Of a stretch of DNA of 64,000 nt, positions 49,901 through 59,741 are shown piece by piece; within the stretch, counting starts at the first letter, position 1; the number at the start of each line of letters is the position of its first letter. The notes below the pieces were generated by a model. The model was not told where the DNA came from. It made no database searches and saw only the letters and a program-made list of their open reading frames with translations. The translations under genes were made by a program, and so were the position numbers. Source of the DNA: an uncultured Acidobacteriota bacterium (GTDB taxonomy: Bacteria; Acidobacteriota; Thermoanaerobaculia; Multivoradales; UBA5704); the NCBI GenBank assembly GCA_963756455.1, contig CAVWNC010000004.1:824074-888073 (forward strand). Direction: 5' to 3'.

Positions 49901-52339
49901 CTCTTCGGCTTCGAGGCCCGCCCGCACACGGCTCAAGTCGATAGCGAGAAGAGGGCTGTGCGCGAGAAACGCTTTCGCTATGGCAATAAAGAGCGCGACG
50001 AGCTCACGGCCGATGAGAAACACCTGCGCGAGATCGACGAGACGAGTCGCTTCCTCCCCGTCCTCTTCTGCTCGCCGACGATGGAGCTCGGCGTCGACAT
50101 CTCGGCCTTGAACGCCGTCTACCTGCGAAACGTCCCACCGACGCCGGCCAACTACGCGCAGCGCAGCGGTCGCGCTGGCCGGAGCGGCCAGGCCGCTCTC
50201 GTCGTCACGTACGCCGCGGCGCAGAGCCCGCATGACCAGTATTTCTTTCGTGATCCCAGGGCCATGGTCCATGGCGAGGTTCGCCCGCCGCTCCTCGATC
50301 TCGCCAATCGCGATCTCGTCAACAGTCACCTCCAGGCGGTCTGGCTCGCCTGCACCGAAACGCTGCTGAGCCCATCGATCGCCGATCTTCTGGAGCTTTT
50401 GGACGCGAAACGCCCGCTCAAGGAGGAGTTGAAGCAGCCCATGGCCGAGCCCGGTGTCGCGGCACGGGCAATCGAGCGGATGGGGCGAGTGCTCGACCTC
50501 CTGGCCGACGACCTCACCCCCGCGCACGCCCCCTGGTATATCGGGGGACGCGACGCGTATGCCGCCGCCGTCGCTCAGGAGGCGCTCGCCCGCTTCGATG
50601 CCGCTTTCAAACGCTGGCGTGATCTTTTTACCGCTGCCGAGCAGCAACGCGATGCCGCTCGCCGCATCATGGACAACTACGCCGCGCCACAGGAGGAGAA
50701 GCGAGCTGCCAAGAGCCGGCACACACAGTCGATCGACCAGCTGGACCTGCTCCAGAAAGGCACCAGCACCCAGTCGAGCGACTTCTATACCTACCGCTAC
50801 CTCGCGACCGAGGGGTTCCTGCCCGGCTACAACTTCCCGCGGCTGCCGCTCATGGCCTACGTGCCGGCGACGAGCGACAACCATGGCAAGCAGACGTATT
50901 TGCAGCGGCCCCGCTTCCTGGCCCTCTCCGAGTTTGGGCCGCGCAGTCTGGTCTACCACGAGGGCCGCGCCTACCGCGTTGTGCGCGCGCTCCTCGCCCT
51001 AGGCCCACAGGACGCCGCCACCGCCGAGGTCCGCCTGCCGACGCAGTCCGTGCGGATCTGCCGCGCCTGCGGCGCCGGCCACTTCGACGACCAGGCCTCG
51101 CTCTGTCGCGGTTGCGGCGTCTCGCTCGGCAATGCCGAGATCGTCAACGATATCTTCCGGATCGAAAACGTGGCGACGCATCCGGCCGAGCGCATCACCG
51201 CCAACGACGAGGAGCGCCAGCGCCAGGGATTTGAGTTGCAGACAACCTTCGAGTGGGCGATGCGCGACCAGCTGCCCGACGTACGGAACGACAACGCTAG
51301 CGACGGCGCAGGCGTTGTCGTCCGTCTCTCCTACGGTCCTGGAGCGACGATCACGCGCCTCAACAAGGGACTTCGCCGCCGCGCTGACCGTACCAAATTC
51401 GGGTTCAGCATCGATCCCGTCTCCGGCTGGTGGGCCAAGAATGAGGACGAAGACGACGAGCCCTCCGACCCAACCGTGTCAGCTCGGCAGAGGATCGTGC
51501 CCTCGGTGCGCGATCACAAGAACGCTCTCCTTCTCCAGCCCGCTGACCCGCAGCTCTCGTCGCTCACTCTGACCACGATCCAGCACTCCTTGCTCCGCGG
51601 CATCGAGGCGGTCTTCCAGCTCGAGCAGGGCGAGATCCTCGCCGAGCCCATGCCCAGTCGTGAGGCTCGTAACGGATTCCTCCTCTATGAGGCGGCGGAG
51701 GGCGGCGCCGGTGTCCTCACCCGTCTCGTCGGCGAGCCGACGCGGCTCGCCGAGGTGGCGAGGAAGGCCCTGGCGATTCTGCACTTCGACATCGAGGGTC
51801 AAAGCGGCCTTCCCGCCGAGGCCGAGGCGCTCGTCGATCTGCCGGATACGGCTTGTGTCGCGGCCTGCTATCGCTGCGTGATGTCGTACTACAACCAGCC
51901 GGATCACGAGCTCCTCGACCGCCGTGACCCGCAGGCCCGGAGCGTCCTGCTGCGGCTCGCCCGCAGCAGCACCTCCGGCCTCGATGCCATACCGGGGAGC
52001 CGCTCGACGCTGGACGCCGAAGTCGGCTCCCCTGCCACGCTCGACCCAGCGCTCGCCCACTGGCTCGCTCTCGCCCGAGCCCGCGACTTGCCACCTCCCG
52101 ACCCCAAGCCGCTCTCCCTGATTCCCGCTGCCGAGGGCGGCGAGGCTCGCCTGCCGCTCGTCTGGCGCACTCACTACGTCGCGGTGCTCCTTGATGATGC
52201 CATGCCCCAACACCTCGACCGGCTCGCGGACCGCGGCTTTGAGGTCATCACCTTTCCCGCGGCCCCTTCCGCCGATCCTCTCGTAGCATGGGATGAGCCC
52301 TTCCGTCGTCTTGCGACCGCCCTCGGACGGAGCGCATGA
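46979..52339 (+). CDS. Large YprA-like DEAD/DEAH helicase with DUF1998 (DrmA/B- and DruE-related)
   Basis: TTGTGSGKS, YPMNALANSQ, LDELH, TSAT, FTDNRQDA, SPTMELGVDI, QRSGRAGR, CVAACYRC..YYNQ. Confidence 0.88.
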   Translation: MGAKNMDAFALRDSVVDEYKSFATSFTTIFAQDIRQQVDAIYAEGRFWPEPLLQINPSYRRSKTVGELVASGMLQPGCAEIFQDSGEPLRLYKHQEQSIALASQDESFVVTTGTGSGKSLCFFIPIVNSVLAEKAVGGEKRTRAIIVYPMNALANSQLEELDKFLSNVSGPRPITVARYTGQENSDQRHQIAEDPPDILLTNFMMLELLMTRQDEIDRRVIGNCAGLRFLVLDELHTYRGRQGADVALLVRRVRERLSPERLQCIGTSATMASEGSQVDKNHLVAEVASRLFAAPIPDSNVVVETLERVTNPDISEPWVLAALGPAIDAGIPPHISDSGLRTHPLAIWIETRLGIEWSDLDQRWGRARPRTVTEAVAVLAADARRAPDACQVALRELLLLSSIPETERTGDPNANSHSFFAFKLHQFISGAGHAFATLEPPGSRIVTVEGQQFLPGAPEKRLYAVHFCRECGHEYHPVRLVNEAGERIFLPRNIDDAPPKPPDSDDAAELTGEEDPDREEFGFLTLHATDPGFDFAGREEQYPETWLEIGPKGIQRLLRNYRAARPHPFLVAPTGKVGSGIQAWFLPGRFRLCLRCRETQSTSAKDRTRLASLSAEGRSSATTVLVTSALRWMHGLDSGLEGFTRKLLGFTDNRQDAALQAGHFNDFLFVSLIRAGFLGALETAGPAGLRSDQLGLAQQRALGFDRPDPELRAEWLLEPALKGFAVQDAEATLRQVLAYRVWFDQRRGWRYTNPNLEQLRLVQVRYLGLEELASDETAFADAPAVLRQASPQVRADVYRELLDHLRKWMAVRSQVLEPTSIEQMLQRSYSRLRVPWGFGSDEKPRRAGWLMIASPPRKDVKLRDQDLIVRGGSRSALGKALRSSDLWGGNAIRSLKPKELDALVASLLSAASMHGLVSEEVTPFGSHTGWRLNDGCVEFHLGEASRDAALDRENAFFCDLYGNLAQLLREVGHPLFGFEARPHTAQVDSEKRAVREKRFRYGNKERDELTADEKHLREIDETSRFLPVLFCSPTMELGVDISALNAVYLRNVPPTPANYAQRSGRAGRSGQAALVVTYAAAQSPHDQYFFRDPRAMVHGEVRPPLLDLANRDLVNSHLQAVWLACTETLLSPSIADLLELLDAKRPLKEELKQPMAEPGVAARAIERMGRVLDLLADDLTPAHAPWYIGGRDAYAAAVAQEALARFDAAFKRWRDLFTAAEQQRDAARRIMDNYAAPQEEKRAAKSRHTQSIDQLDLLQKGTSTQSSDFYTYRYLATEGFLPGYNFPRLPLMAYVPATSDNHGKQTYLQRPRFLALSEFGPRSLVYHEGRAYRVVRALLALGPQDAATAEVRLPTQSVRICRACGAGHFDDQASLCRGCGVSLGNAEIVNDIFRIENVATHPAERITANDEERQRQGFELQTTFEWAMRDQLPDVRNDNASDGAGVVVRLSYGPGATITRLNKGLRRRADRTKFGFSIDPVSGWWAKNEDEDDEPSDPTVSARQRIVPSVRDHKNALLLQPADPQLSSLTLTTIQHSLLRGIEAVFQLEQGEILAEPMPSREARNGFLLYEAAEGGAGVLTRLVGEPTRLAEVARKALAILHFDIEGQSGLPAEAEALVDLPDTACVAACYRCVMSYYNQPDHELLDRRDPQARSVLLRLARSSTSGLDAIPGSRSTLDAEVGSPATLDPALAHWLALARARDLPPPDPKPLSLIPAAEGGEARLPLVWRTHYVAVLLDDAMPQHLDRLADRGFEVITFPAAPSADPLVAWDEPFRRLATALGRSA

Positions 52340-55189
52340 CGATCCCCGCCGCCACGTCGCAGCCCACCGTCCCGGCCAGTCAGGAGCTCTACAGCCCGGG
52401 TAGCCTAGTCAGCGCCCGCGGTCGGGAGTGGATCGTGCTCACGGGCAGCGACGCCGAGACGCTCCGCGTGCGACCCGTTTCCGGCTCGGAGGAAGACGGA
52501 ACATTCATCCACCTCGCGCTGGAGCCCGAGCCGGTGCGAGCGGCGCGCTTTCCGCGGCCTGGTGTGACCCAGCGCGCCAGCCACGACGCGGCACTCCTCC
52601 TGCGCGACGCCCTGCTCCTCTCTCTCCGCCGCGGCGCGGGCCCGTTCCGAGGTGCCGGTCAGATCGCCGTCGAGCCGCGCGCCTACCAGCTCGTGCCGCT
52701 CCTGATGGCGCTCAAGCTCGATCCGGTGCGCCTGTTGATCGCCGACGACGTCGGCGTCGGCAAGACCATCGAGGCGGCGCTCATCGCGCGCGAGCTCCTC
52801 GACCGTGGCGATATCGAGCGCACTGCCGTTCTCTGTCCGCCTCACCTCGTTGATCAATGGCTCGGCGAGTTGGAGACGCACTTCCACATCCGCGCGGTCG
52901 GCGTCACCGCGACGAGCGCCGGCCGGCTCGAACGCAATCTGCCGCCCTCCGAAAGTGTCTTCTCGGCGCACCCGCATACCGTGGTCAGCCTCGACTACAT
53001 CAAGAGCGACCGCCGCCGCGCCGACTTCTTGCGCACCTGCCCCGAGTTCGTGATCGTCGACGAGGCGCACACCTGTGCCGCGACGGGCGCGGGTCGCCAC
53101 CAGCGCTACGAGTTGCTCCGCGGCCTTACCGAATCGCCGACCCGCCATCTGGTGCTCCTCACCGCCACCCCTCATAGCGGTGACGAAGCCGCCTTCTTCC
53201 GGTTGCTCGGTCTCCTCGACCGCGACTTTGGCCGGCTCGCCGAGGCGACCGGCGAGGAGAGACTCCAACTCCGCGAGCGTCTCTCGCGTCACTTCGTGCA
53301 ACGCCGCCGACCCGACATCGCCGAGTGGAAGGAGGGCAACCTCTTTCCCCGCCGGGAGACGAAGGAGCTGACCTACGAGCTCACCGGCGGTTGGCAGAAG
53401 CTGTTTGACGGGGTTCTCGACTACTGCGCCGCCGTTGTCGACTCGGCAGCCGGAGACGAGCACCGCGCGCGGCTCAGCTTCTGGGGAACGTTGGCCCTCA
53501 TGCGCTGCGTAGCCTCGAGCCCGGCTGCGGCGGCGCAGGCCCTCCGCACCCGTGCCGGGCTGGAAGAGTCCGAGGATGCGGAGGCCCTCCTGGACCAGGT
53601 CTTCGACGGTGGTGCGGATTCGCTCTCGGAGGATGACGTCGAGCCCCTCGCCGGCAACGACGAGCCGGCTCTCGTGGGTCTTATTGCCCAGGCCGAAAAG
53701 CTTGCCGGCCAGACCGGTGACCCCAAGTTGAAGTTGCTCACCGCTCACCTGGGTGAGCTTGTGGCGGATGGTTTCAATCCGGTCGTCTTCTGCCGCTACA
53801 TCGCGACCGCCCACTACCTCGCGCGCCACCTAGAAGGCCAGTTCGCCGACGTGACGGTAGCGGTCGTGACGGGCGAGCTCACTGCGGAGGAGCGCCGGGA
53901 GAAGGTCGACGCCTTGGGGGACGCCGACCGCCGTTTGCTGGTCGCCACCGACTGTTTATCCGAGGGCGTCAACCTCCAGGATTTCTTCGACGCGGTCGTT
54001 CATTACGACCTCTCCTGGAATCCCACCCGCCACGAGCAACGCGAGGGGCGGGTCGACCGTTTCGGCCAGCCCTCTCGGGTCGTGCGTACGACTCTCCTCT
54101 ATGGCGCCAACAACCCCGTCGACGGTGCCGTGCTTGACGTCATCCTGCGCAAGGGTGCCCGCATTCGGGAGGAGCTCGGCGTGCCGGTTCCCCTTCCCGA
54201 CGATGGGCACACTCTGAGTCGCGCCCTGATGCAGGCGGTTCTCCTCCGCACCCGGGCGAAGGATGGACAGCGGCAGCTCACCCTCGACTTCCTGGAGCTC
54301 CCCGAAGCGAAGGCGATCGACTCCCGATGGCAGGACGCGGCCGAGAAGGCGAAGCAGAATCGCACGGTCTTCGCCCAACGCCGCCTCAAGCCCGAGGAGG
54401 CTCCTCCCGGAGTGGGAGAAGACTCTCGCCGCGGTCGGCGGCCGGGACGAGGTGCGCCGCTTCACCGATCGCTCGCTCGCCCGACTCGGCTCCGGGCTGG
54501 AGACTCTGCGGCGCGGCTTCAAGGTGCCGCTCGCCCCGCTTCCCGAGGAAGTGCGCGAGCGCCTCGAAGCCGAGGGGCTCACCGGCACTCTGCGCATCGA
54601 CTTTGCCTATCCGCCTGCGTCGGGTTGCCGGCCGGTGCAGCGCAGCCATCCACTGGTCTCCGTGCTCGCCGAGACTCTGCTCGAACGCACCCTCGCTTCT
54701 CCAGCGGATTCCACCGGTTCCGCGACTCCCACCGACCCGGGCGTGCTCGGCCGGGTCGGTTGCTGGGTGTCGGCCACCGTCGCGGAGCGCACGACGGTAG
54801 CGCTCCTGCGCCTTCGCCACCAGCTCGGCACCCAGCGGCCCGGCCGCGGCGCAACTACGCTTCTCGTCGAAGAGGCGACGGCTCTCGCCTGGATCGGCGC
54901 CGACGGCGCTTCGCTCGTCGAAGGCGCCGACGCATTCGCGCTCCTCGTCGCCTCACCGGTCGGCGACCCACCGCCGCACGTGCGCGACCGCATGGCGACA
55001 CAGGCGCTAGAGCTCGTGGCTCTCCGCAACGCGGACCTCGACGCCTTCGCCGAGCGCCGCGCCGAGGTGCTCCTTGCCGATCACCGCCGCATCCGAGAGG
55101 CCGCCGCCGCACGCGGCAGCTACAGCGTCAAGGCGCTTCTGCCGCCGGATGTCGTCGCTGTTTACGTTCTGCTCCCGCCGGTGAGCTGA
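52336..55189 (+). CDS. SNF2-family helicase, DrmD-like (frameshift near 54400)
   Basis: PGSLVSARGREW, LIADDVGVGKTIEA, VDEAH, LTATPHSG, SEGVNLQ, QREGRVDRFG; C-terminus continues in ORF 54263-55189. Confidence 0.88.
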
Positions 55190-55193
55190 CGCG

Positions 55194-58100
55194 ATGGCCG
55201 CTCGACGCACGACAAGTAAGGAATCGAAGCCGCGGTCCTCGGTGCGACCGCGCCCGCCGCGGAAGCCCCGACGCCGTGAGGTGAAGCTCGCCTTCGAGGC
55301 TCTGACGATCGAGGGCGGCCTCCTCTCTCCCGACTGGCTCGCCCGCGTCGCCGCCCTCGAGGCGGGCGGCCAGGGAGAGGCCGACTACCGCATCCCCAAG
55401 GGCTTGCAGTTGCGGGATGAAATCGGCCGCTACTGGCGCATCGCGCAGGCATACTGGAGTGACTTCACGACCGGCCTTGCGAGCGCCACCAAGCCTGAAG
55501 CCGCGCAGGCGCTTTCCGAACGCTTCGTGCTTTCCCTGCTCCGCGAAGGCTTCGGCTTTGGCTCGCTCACCGCGACCGAGCCGCGGGTGCTCGCCGAGCG
55601 CAGCTATCCGATCGGATTTACTGCGCTGGGGGAACGGGTTCCCGTCGTGATAGCTCCGGCCGGGAGAGGGCTCGACACCCTGGCGCCCACCTTTGGCGAG
55701 GGCGGCCGGCGGCGCAGTCCCTTCGGCTTGGTGCAAGAGTACCTGAATGCTGCCGAAGGCGCGACCTGGGGGCTCGCATCGGATGGGCTCGCTTTGCGAA
55801 TCGTTCGCGATAACGCGAGCCTTACGCGGCCGGCGTGGATCGAGGCCGATCTCTCTCGGATCTTCACCGAGGAGCGCTATTCCGACTTTACGGCGCTCTG
55901 GCTCCTGGCCCATGAGACGCGCTTTGGACGCGCCGACCAAGCTCCAACGGAGTGCGCTCTGGAAGCCTGGCGCGACGCTGGCCGCGAGGAAGGGACTCGC
56001 GCCCGCGAGCACCTGCGGCGTGGCGTCGAGGAGGCCCTTCTCGCCTTCGGGCAGGGCTTTCTCGCCCAGCCTGAGAATACGGCCCTGCGCGCAGCGCTCC
56101 AGAACGGCTCGCTTTCGACGATCGCCTACTTCCAGGAGCTACTGCGCCTCGTCTACCGCCTCATCTTCCTGCTCACGGTCGAGGAGCGTGGTCTGATTCA
56201 CCCTGAGGGCTCGGCAGAGGGAGCGCGCCGGCTCTACGCCGATGGCTATAGCCTACGGCGCCTCCGTGAGCGGTCGATCCGACGAAGCGCCCACGACCGA
56301 TTCTCGGACCTCTGGGAGGCAACGAAGATCGTTTTCCGGGGCCTTGCGGTGGGGGAATCGCGGATCGCACTACCGGCGCTCGCCGGCATCTTCGCCTCGA
56401 CCCAATGTCCGAGACTCGATGTAGCAAAGCTTGAGAACCGGGCGCTGCTCCTCGCCGTCTTCCGCCTCTCGTGGCTGCGCGAGGCATCGGGCCTCGCGCG
56501 CGTCAACTGGCGAGACATGGGGCCCGAGGAGCTTGGGAGCGTCTACGAAAGCCTTCTCGAGCTGGTTCCCCAGGTAACGCTGGGAGGCCGCCTCTTCGCC
56601 TTCGCGACCGGCGGGGAGACGAAGGGGAACGCGCGTAAGACGAGCGGCAGCTACTACACACCCGACAGCCTGGTGCAGGTTCTCCTCGACAGCGCGCTCG
56701 AGCCGGTCGTGGCCAGCACCCTCGCCGCGAGCCCCGAGCGGCCGGTCGAGGCCCTGCTCGAGCTCTCCGTCGTCGACCCCGCCTGCGGCTCCGGCCATTT
56801 CCTTCTTGCCGCCGCTCGTCGGCTCGCTGGCCACGTCGCGCGTTTCCAGGTGAACGGTACGCCGACGGCTGCCGAGTACCGCCACGCCCTCCGCCAGGTG
56901 GTTGGGCGTTGCCTTTACGGCGTCGACCTGAATCTGATGGCGGTCGAGTTGTGCAAGGTTAGCCTCTGGATGGAAGCCGTCGAGCCCGGCCTGCCGCTAA
57001 CCTTTCTTGATGCCCACATCCGCCACGGCAATGCCCTTCTAGGCACGACGCCCAAGCTGATGGAGGCGGGCATCCCGGACGCGGCTTGGAACACGATCGA
57101 GGGCGATGACCGCGAGGTCGCGAGCGGGTTGAAGAGACGGAACAAACGATCTGAAGGGGGTCAGCGAGCGCTCGACACTCTGTGGACCAAGCCAGTCGAG
57201 AGCGAGACGGCAGAGGTAGAGCATGCCGTTGCGGCTATCGAGGCGGCGCCGGATACAGACGTCGAGGCGCTGACGCGCAAAGAAGCGCGATGGGAAGGCC
57301 TACTCGACTCTGAGGCCTACCGCCACCAGAAGCTCGTCGCTGACACATGGTGCGCCGCGTTCGTCTGGCCGAAACAGCCGGGGCCACTCCAAGACGCGGC
57401 GCCGACCAACGACGTGTGGATCCAGATCCACGACCGAAGGGGGCTACCGAACCCGCTCACGGTGAGCACAACCGAGGGCCTTGCTGATCAGTACCGTTTC
57501 TTCCACTGGCATTTAGCATTCCCACAGGTCTTCGCGAGGGGGGGGTTCCATATTGTGCTAGGAAACCCGCCGTGGGACCAGCTCCAGTTTCGGGAACAAG
57601 AATTCTTCTCCTCTCGGAATCCAAGTATCGCTGAGGCCTCGACCGAAGCGGCGAGAAAGCGAATGATCGGCTGCCTCTCCGTGAGCGACCCGCGCCTACT
57701 GGCCGAATACCAGTATGGTCTTCGTGCGAATTCCGGTGAACGCTTCTTTGCACTCACAAGTGGCAGGTATCCCTTGGGGGCACGCGGAAGAGTGAATACC
57801 TACTTACTCTTTGCGGAAGTGGCCAGCGAGATAGGCAGCAACGTCGGGCTGATCCTGCCCACCGGAGTGGCTACAGACGAGAGCGGCCGCCTTCTGTTCA
57901 GCCACTTATTCTCGGGCGGTCGACTTCGCATGCTGTGGGACTTTGAGAATCGGCTACGGTTGTTTGCGGACGTAGATGGAAGGGCGCGGTTCGCACTTTT
58001 CTCCCTTTCCAGGCAATCGTCTGTACCCGCCGATCTCTGCTTTGGTCTTCACTCTGTTGCGGATGGCAACGATGAGAAGCGGCACTTCACACTAAGCGCC

Positions 58101-59741
58101 TATGAGCTTAGTTTGCTCAATCCAAACACCCATACTTGCCCATCCTTCCTCCGCCGCTCTGATGCAGAACTCGTGAAGCAGATACACGAACGCATTCCCG
58201 TGCTGCTGAAGGAAAACGATGTATCTAGCAAGCATGACTCCTGGGATGTTGTCACCAAGCCAGGCCTTTTCAATATGGCGACGGACTCTGGTCTTTTCGT
58301 CGAACCTGAGGAGGGTCAGAATCTTCTCCCCGTTTATGAGGGAAAGATGTTCGGGATCTACGACCATAGAGCGGCCGATGTCATCCTGAGCGAGACTGCG
58401 ACTATTCGTCAAGGACAGAGCGACTTGATCGGCGATGAGGAGCATAGAAATCCTGAACGTTACGCTCGACCACGTTACTGGGTCTCTCAAACCGAGATCA
58501 AGAGACGAGTTCTGGGTCAATGGGATCGCGGCTGGATTACAGGTTGGAAAGAAATTACAAGTCCTACAAACTCGCGAACGCTGATACCTGCGTTGCTACC
58601 ACTCTCCGGGATCGGCCATAAGATTCCAGTCTTCCTTCCTTCCGTAAATGTTCGCGGCCTAAGCCATGCCCTTGTCGCCAACATGGCATCGTTTGTGTGC
58701 GACTATGTCTGTAGAAACAAGCTAAACGGGACGAGCCTCACACCTTTTACCCTGAAGCAACTCCCCGTCTTGCCGCCAGGCACATACGCCAAGAATGCTA
58801 TTTGGGATCCAGGCACGACACTTGGTGCCTGGGTCCTACTCCGTGTTCTCGAACTAACGTATACCGCCTGGGATCTCCAGCCCTTTGCCCTCGATGTTGG
58901 CTATGACGGCCCGCCCTTCTGCTGGAACCCGGAACGCCGGTTCCTGCTGCGGGCCGAGCTCGACGCAGCTTTCTTCCATCTCTACAGCCTCTCGCGCGAC
59001 GAGACTGCTTACATCCTCGATACCTTCCCGATTATCCGCAAGAACGACGAGAAAGCGCACGGCGAGTTCCGCACCAAACGCCTGATCCTCGAAATCTATG
59101 ACGCCATGGACGAGGCCACCCGCACCGGCCAGATCTATGCCACGCGTCTCGGCCCAAGACCTGCCGATCCACGTGTTGCCCATCCCCCGCGCATCGGCAG
59201 CGTTATCCGGTTTCCTTCTTCCATGCTTGTGCCGCCGCTCCCGGCATGGGGCCAAGAACTCTTTGCCGAGGTCGCAGCGCGCACGCAAGTCAGTCTCACA
59301 GCTGGAACGTGGGGAACGAGCCTATCAGGCGAGAACCTCGGCATGGTCGCGTTGGCCGCTGTGTTGCGCAACCTGCCAGGGCCGCGCGCTCGTGAGGAGG
59401 TCGAGCGCGCCGTGGTTCTCGCGCTGGTTCCGCGACTAATGCAGCCGAACTTCGACAACATGTCTGCGAAGACATGGGGTAGCTTAATTGGTCGTGAGAA
59501 CCTCAAGATCACCTCAGTCAGTGCCCTTGGAATTCCGTGGAACGCTGTGATCCGTAGAGCGATCCACCAGAATGTCCTCGCGGTGGAGGTGAATGGCCGT
59601 TGGGGCCCGGGGACGGAGGTCGCCGACGCCCCATCTCCCGCATTTGAAGCACGCACGCTCGTTGTCCTCGCATGGTTGGCCATGGTGCCCGCGGAGGATG
59701 ATGAGGTGAGCAAGCAGATGGAGGATCTCCATGCCGCGTAA
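55194..59741 (+). CDS. Large N6-adenine DNA methyltransferase (Eco57I/DrmMI-like) with C-terminal extension
   Basis: ELGSVYESLLEL, SGSYYTP, DPACGSGHFL, FHWHLAFP, GNPPW, LRAELDAAFFHLY. Confidence 0.9.
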   Translation: MAARRTTSKESKPRSSVRPRPPRKPRRREVKLAFEALTIEGGLLSPDWLARVAALEAGGQGEADYRIPKGLQLRDEIGRYWRIAQAYWSDFTTGLASATKPEAAQALSERFVLSLLREGFGFGSLTATEPRVLAERSYPIGFTALGERVPVVIAPAGRGLDTLAPTFGEGGRRRSPFGLVQEYLNAAEGATWGLASDGLALRIVRDNASLTRPAWIEADLSRIFTEERYSDFTALWLLAHETRFGRADQAPTECALEAWRDAGREEGTRAREHLRRGVEEALLAFGQGFLAQPENTALRAALQNGSLSTIAYFQELLRLVYRLIFLLTVEERGLIHPEGSAEGARRLYADGYSLRRLRERSIRRSAHDRFSDLWEATKIVFRGLAVGESRIALPALAGIFASTQCPRLDVAKLENRALLLAVFRLSWLREASGLARVNWRDMGPEELGSVYESLLELVPQVTLGGRLFAFATGGETKGNARKTSGSYYTPDSLVQVLLDSALEPVVASTLAASPERPVEALLELSVVDPACGSGHFLLAAARRLAGHVARFQVNGTPTAAEYRHALRQVVGRCLYGVDLNLMAVELCKVSLWMEAVEPGLPLTFLDAHIRHGNALLGTTPKLMEAGIPDAAWNTIEGDDREVASGLKRRNKRSEGGQRALDTLWTKPVESETAEVEHAVAAIEAAPDTDVEALTRKEARWEGLLDSEAYRHQKLVADTWCAAFVWPKQPGPLQDAAPTNDVWIQIHDRRGLPNPLTVSTTEGLADQYRFFHWHLAFPQVFARGGFHIVLGNPPWDQLQFREQEFFSSRNPSIAEASTEAARKRMIGCLSVSDPRLLAEYQYGLRANSGERFFALTSGRYPLGARGRVNTYLLFAEVASEIGSNVGLILPTGVATDESGRLLFSHLFSGGRLRMLWDFENRLRLFADVDGRARFALFSLSRQSSVPADLCFGLHSVADGNDEKRHFTLSAYELSLLNPNTHTCPSFLRRSDAELVKQIHERIPVLLKENDVSSKHDSWDVVTKPGLFNMATDSGLFVEPEEGQNLLPVYEGKMFGIYDHRAADVILSETATIRQGQSDLIGDEEHRNPERYARPRYWVSQTEIKRRVLGQWDRGWITGWKEITSPTNSRTLIPALLPLSGIGHKIPVFLPSVNVRGLSHALVANMASFVCDYVCRNKLNGTSLTPFTLKQLPVLPPGTYAKNAIWDPGTTLGAWVLLRVLELTYTAWDLQPFALDVGYDGPPFCWNPERRFLLRAELDAAFFHLYSLSRDETAYILDTFPIIRKNDEKAHGEFRTKRLILEIYDAMDEATRTGQIYATRLGPRPADPRVAHPPRIGSVIRFPSSMLVPPLPAWGQELFAEVAARTQVSLTAGTWGTSLSGENLGMVALAAVLRNLPGPRAREEVERAVVLALVPRLMQPNFDNMSAKTWGSLIGRENLKITSVSALGIPWNAVIRRAIHQNVLAVEVNGRWGPGTEVADAPSPAFEARTLVVLAWLAMVPAEDDEVSKQMEDLHAA

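Noticed and set aside
54400-55284. Arg-rich C-terminus of ORF 52336-55284 as a real domain
   Set aside because: Out-of-frame read-through after the frameshift; the true C-terminus is in the frame ending at 55189
46979-59741. Calling the operon canonical DISARM or BREX
   Set aside because: No separate DrmB or PLD DrmC, and no PglZ or BrxC; only relatedness is supported
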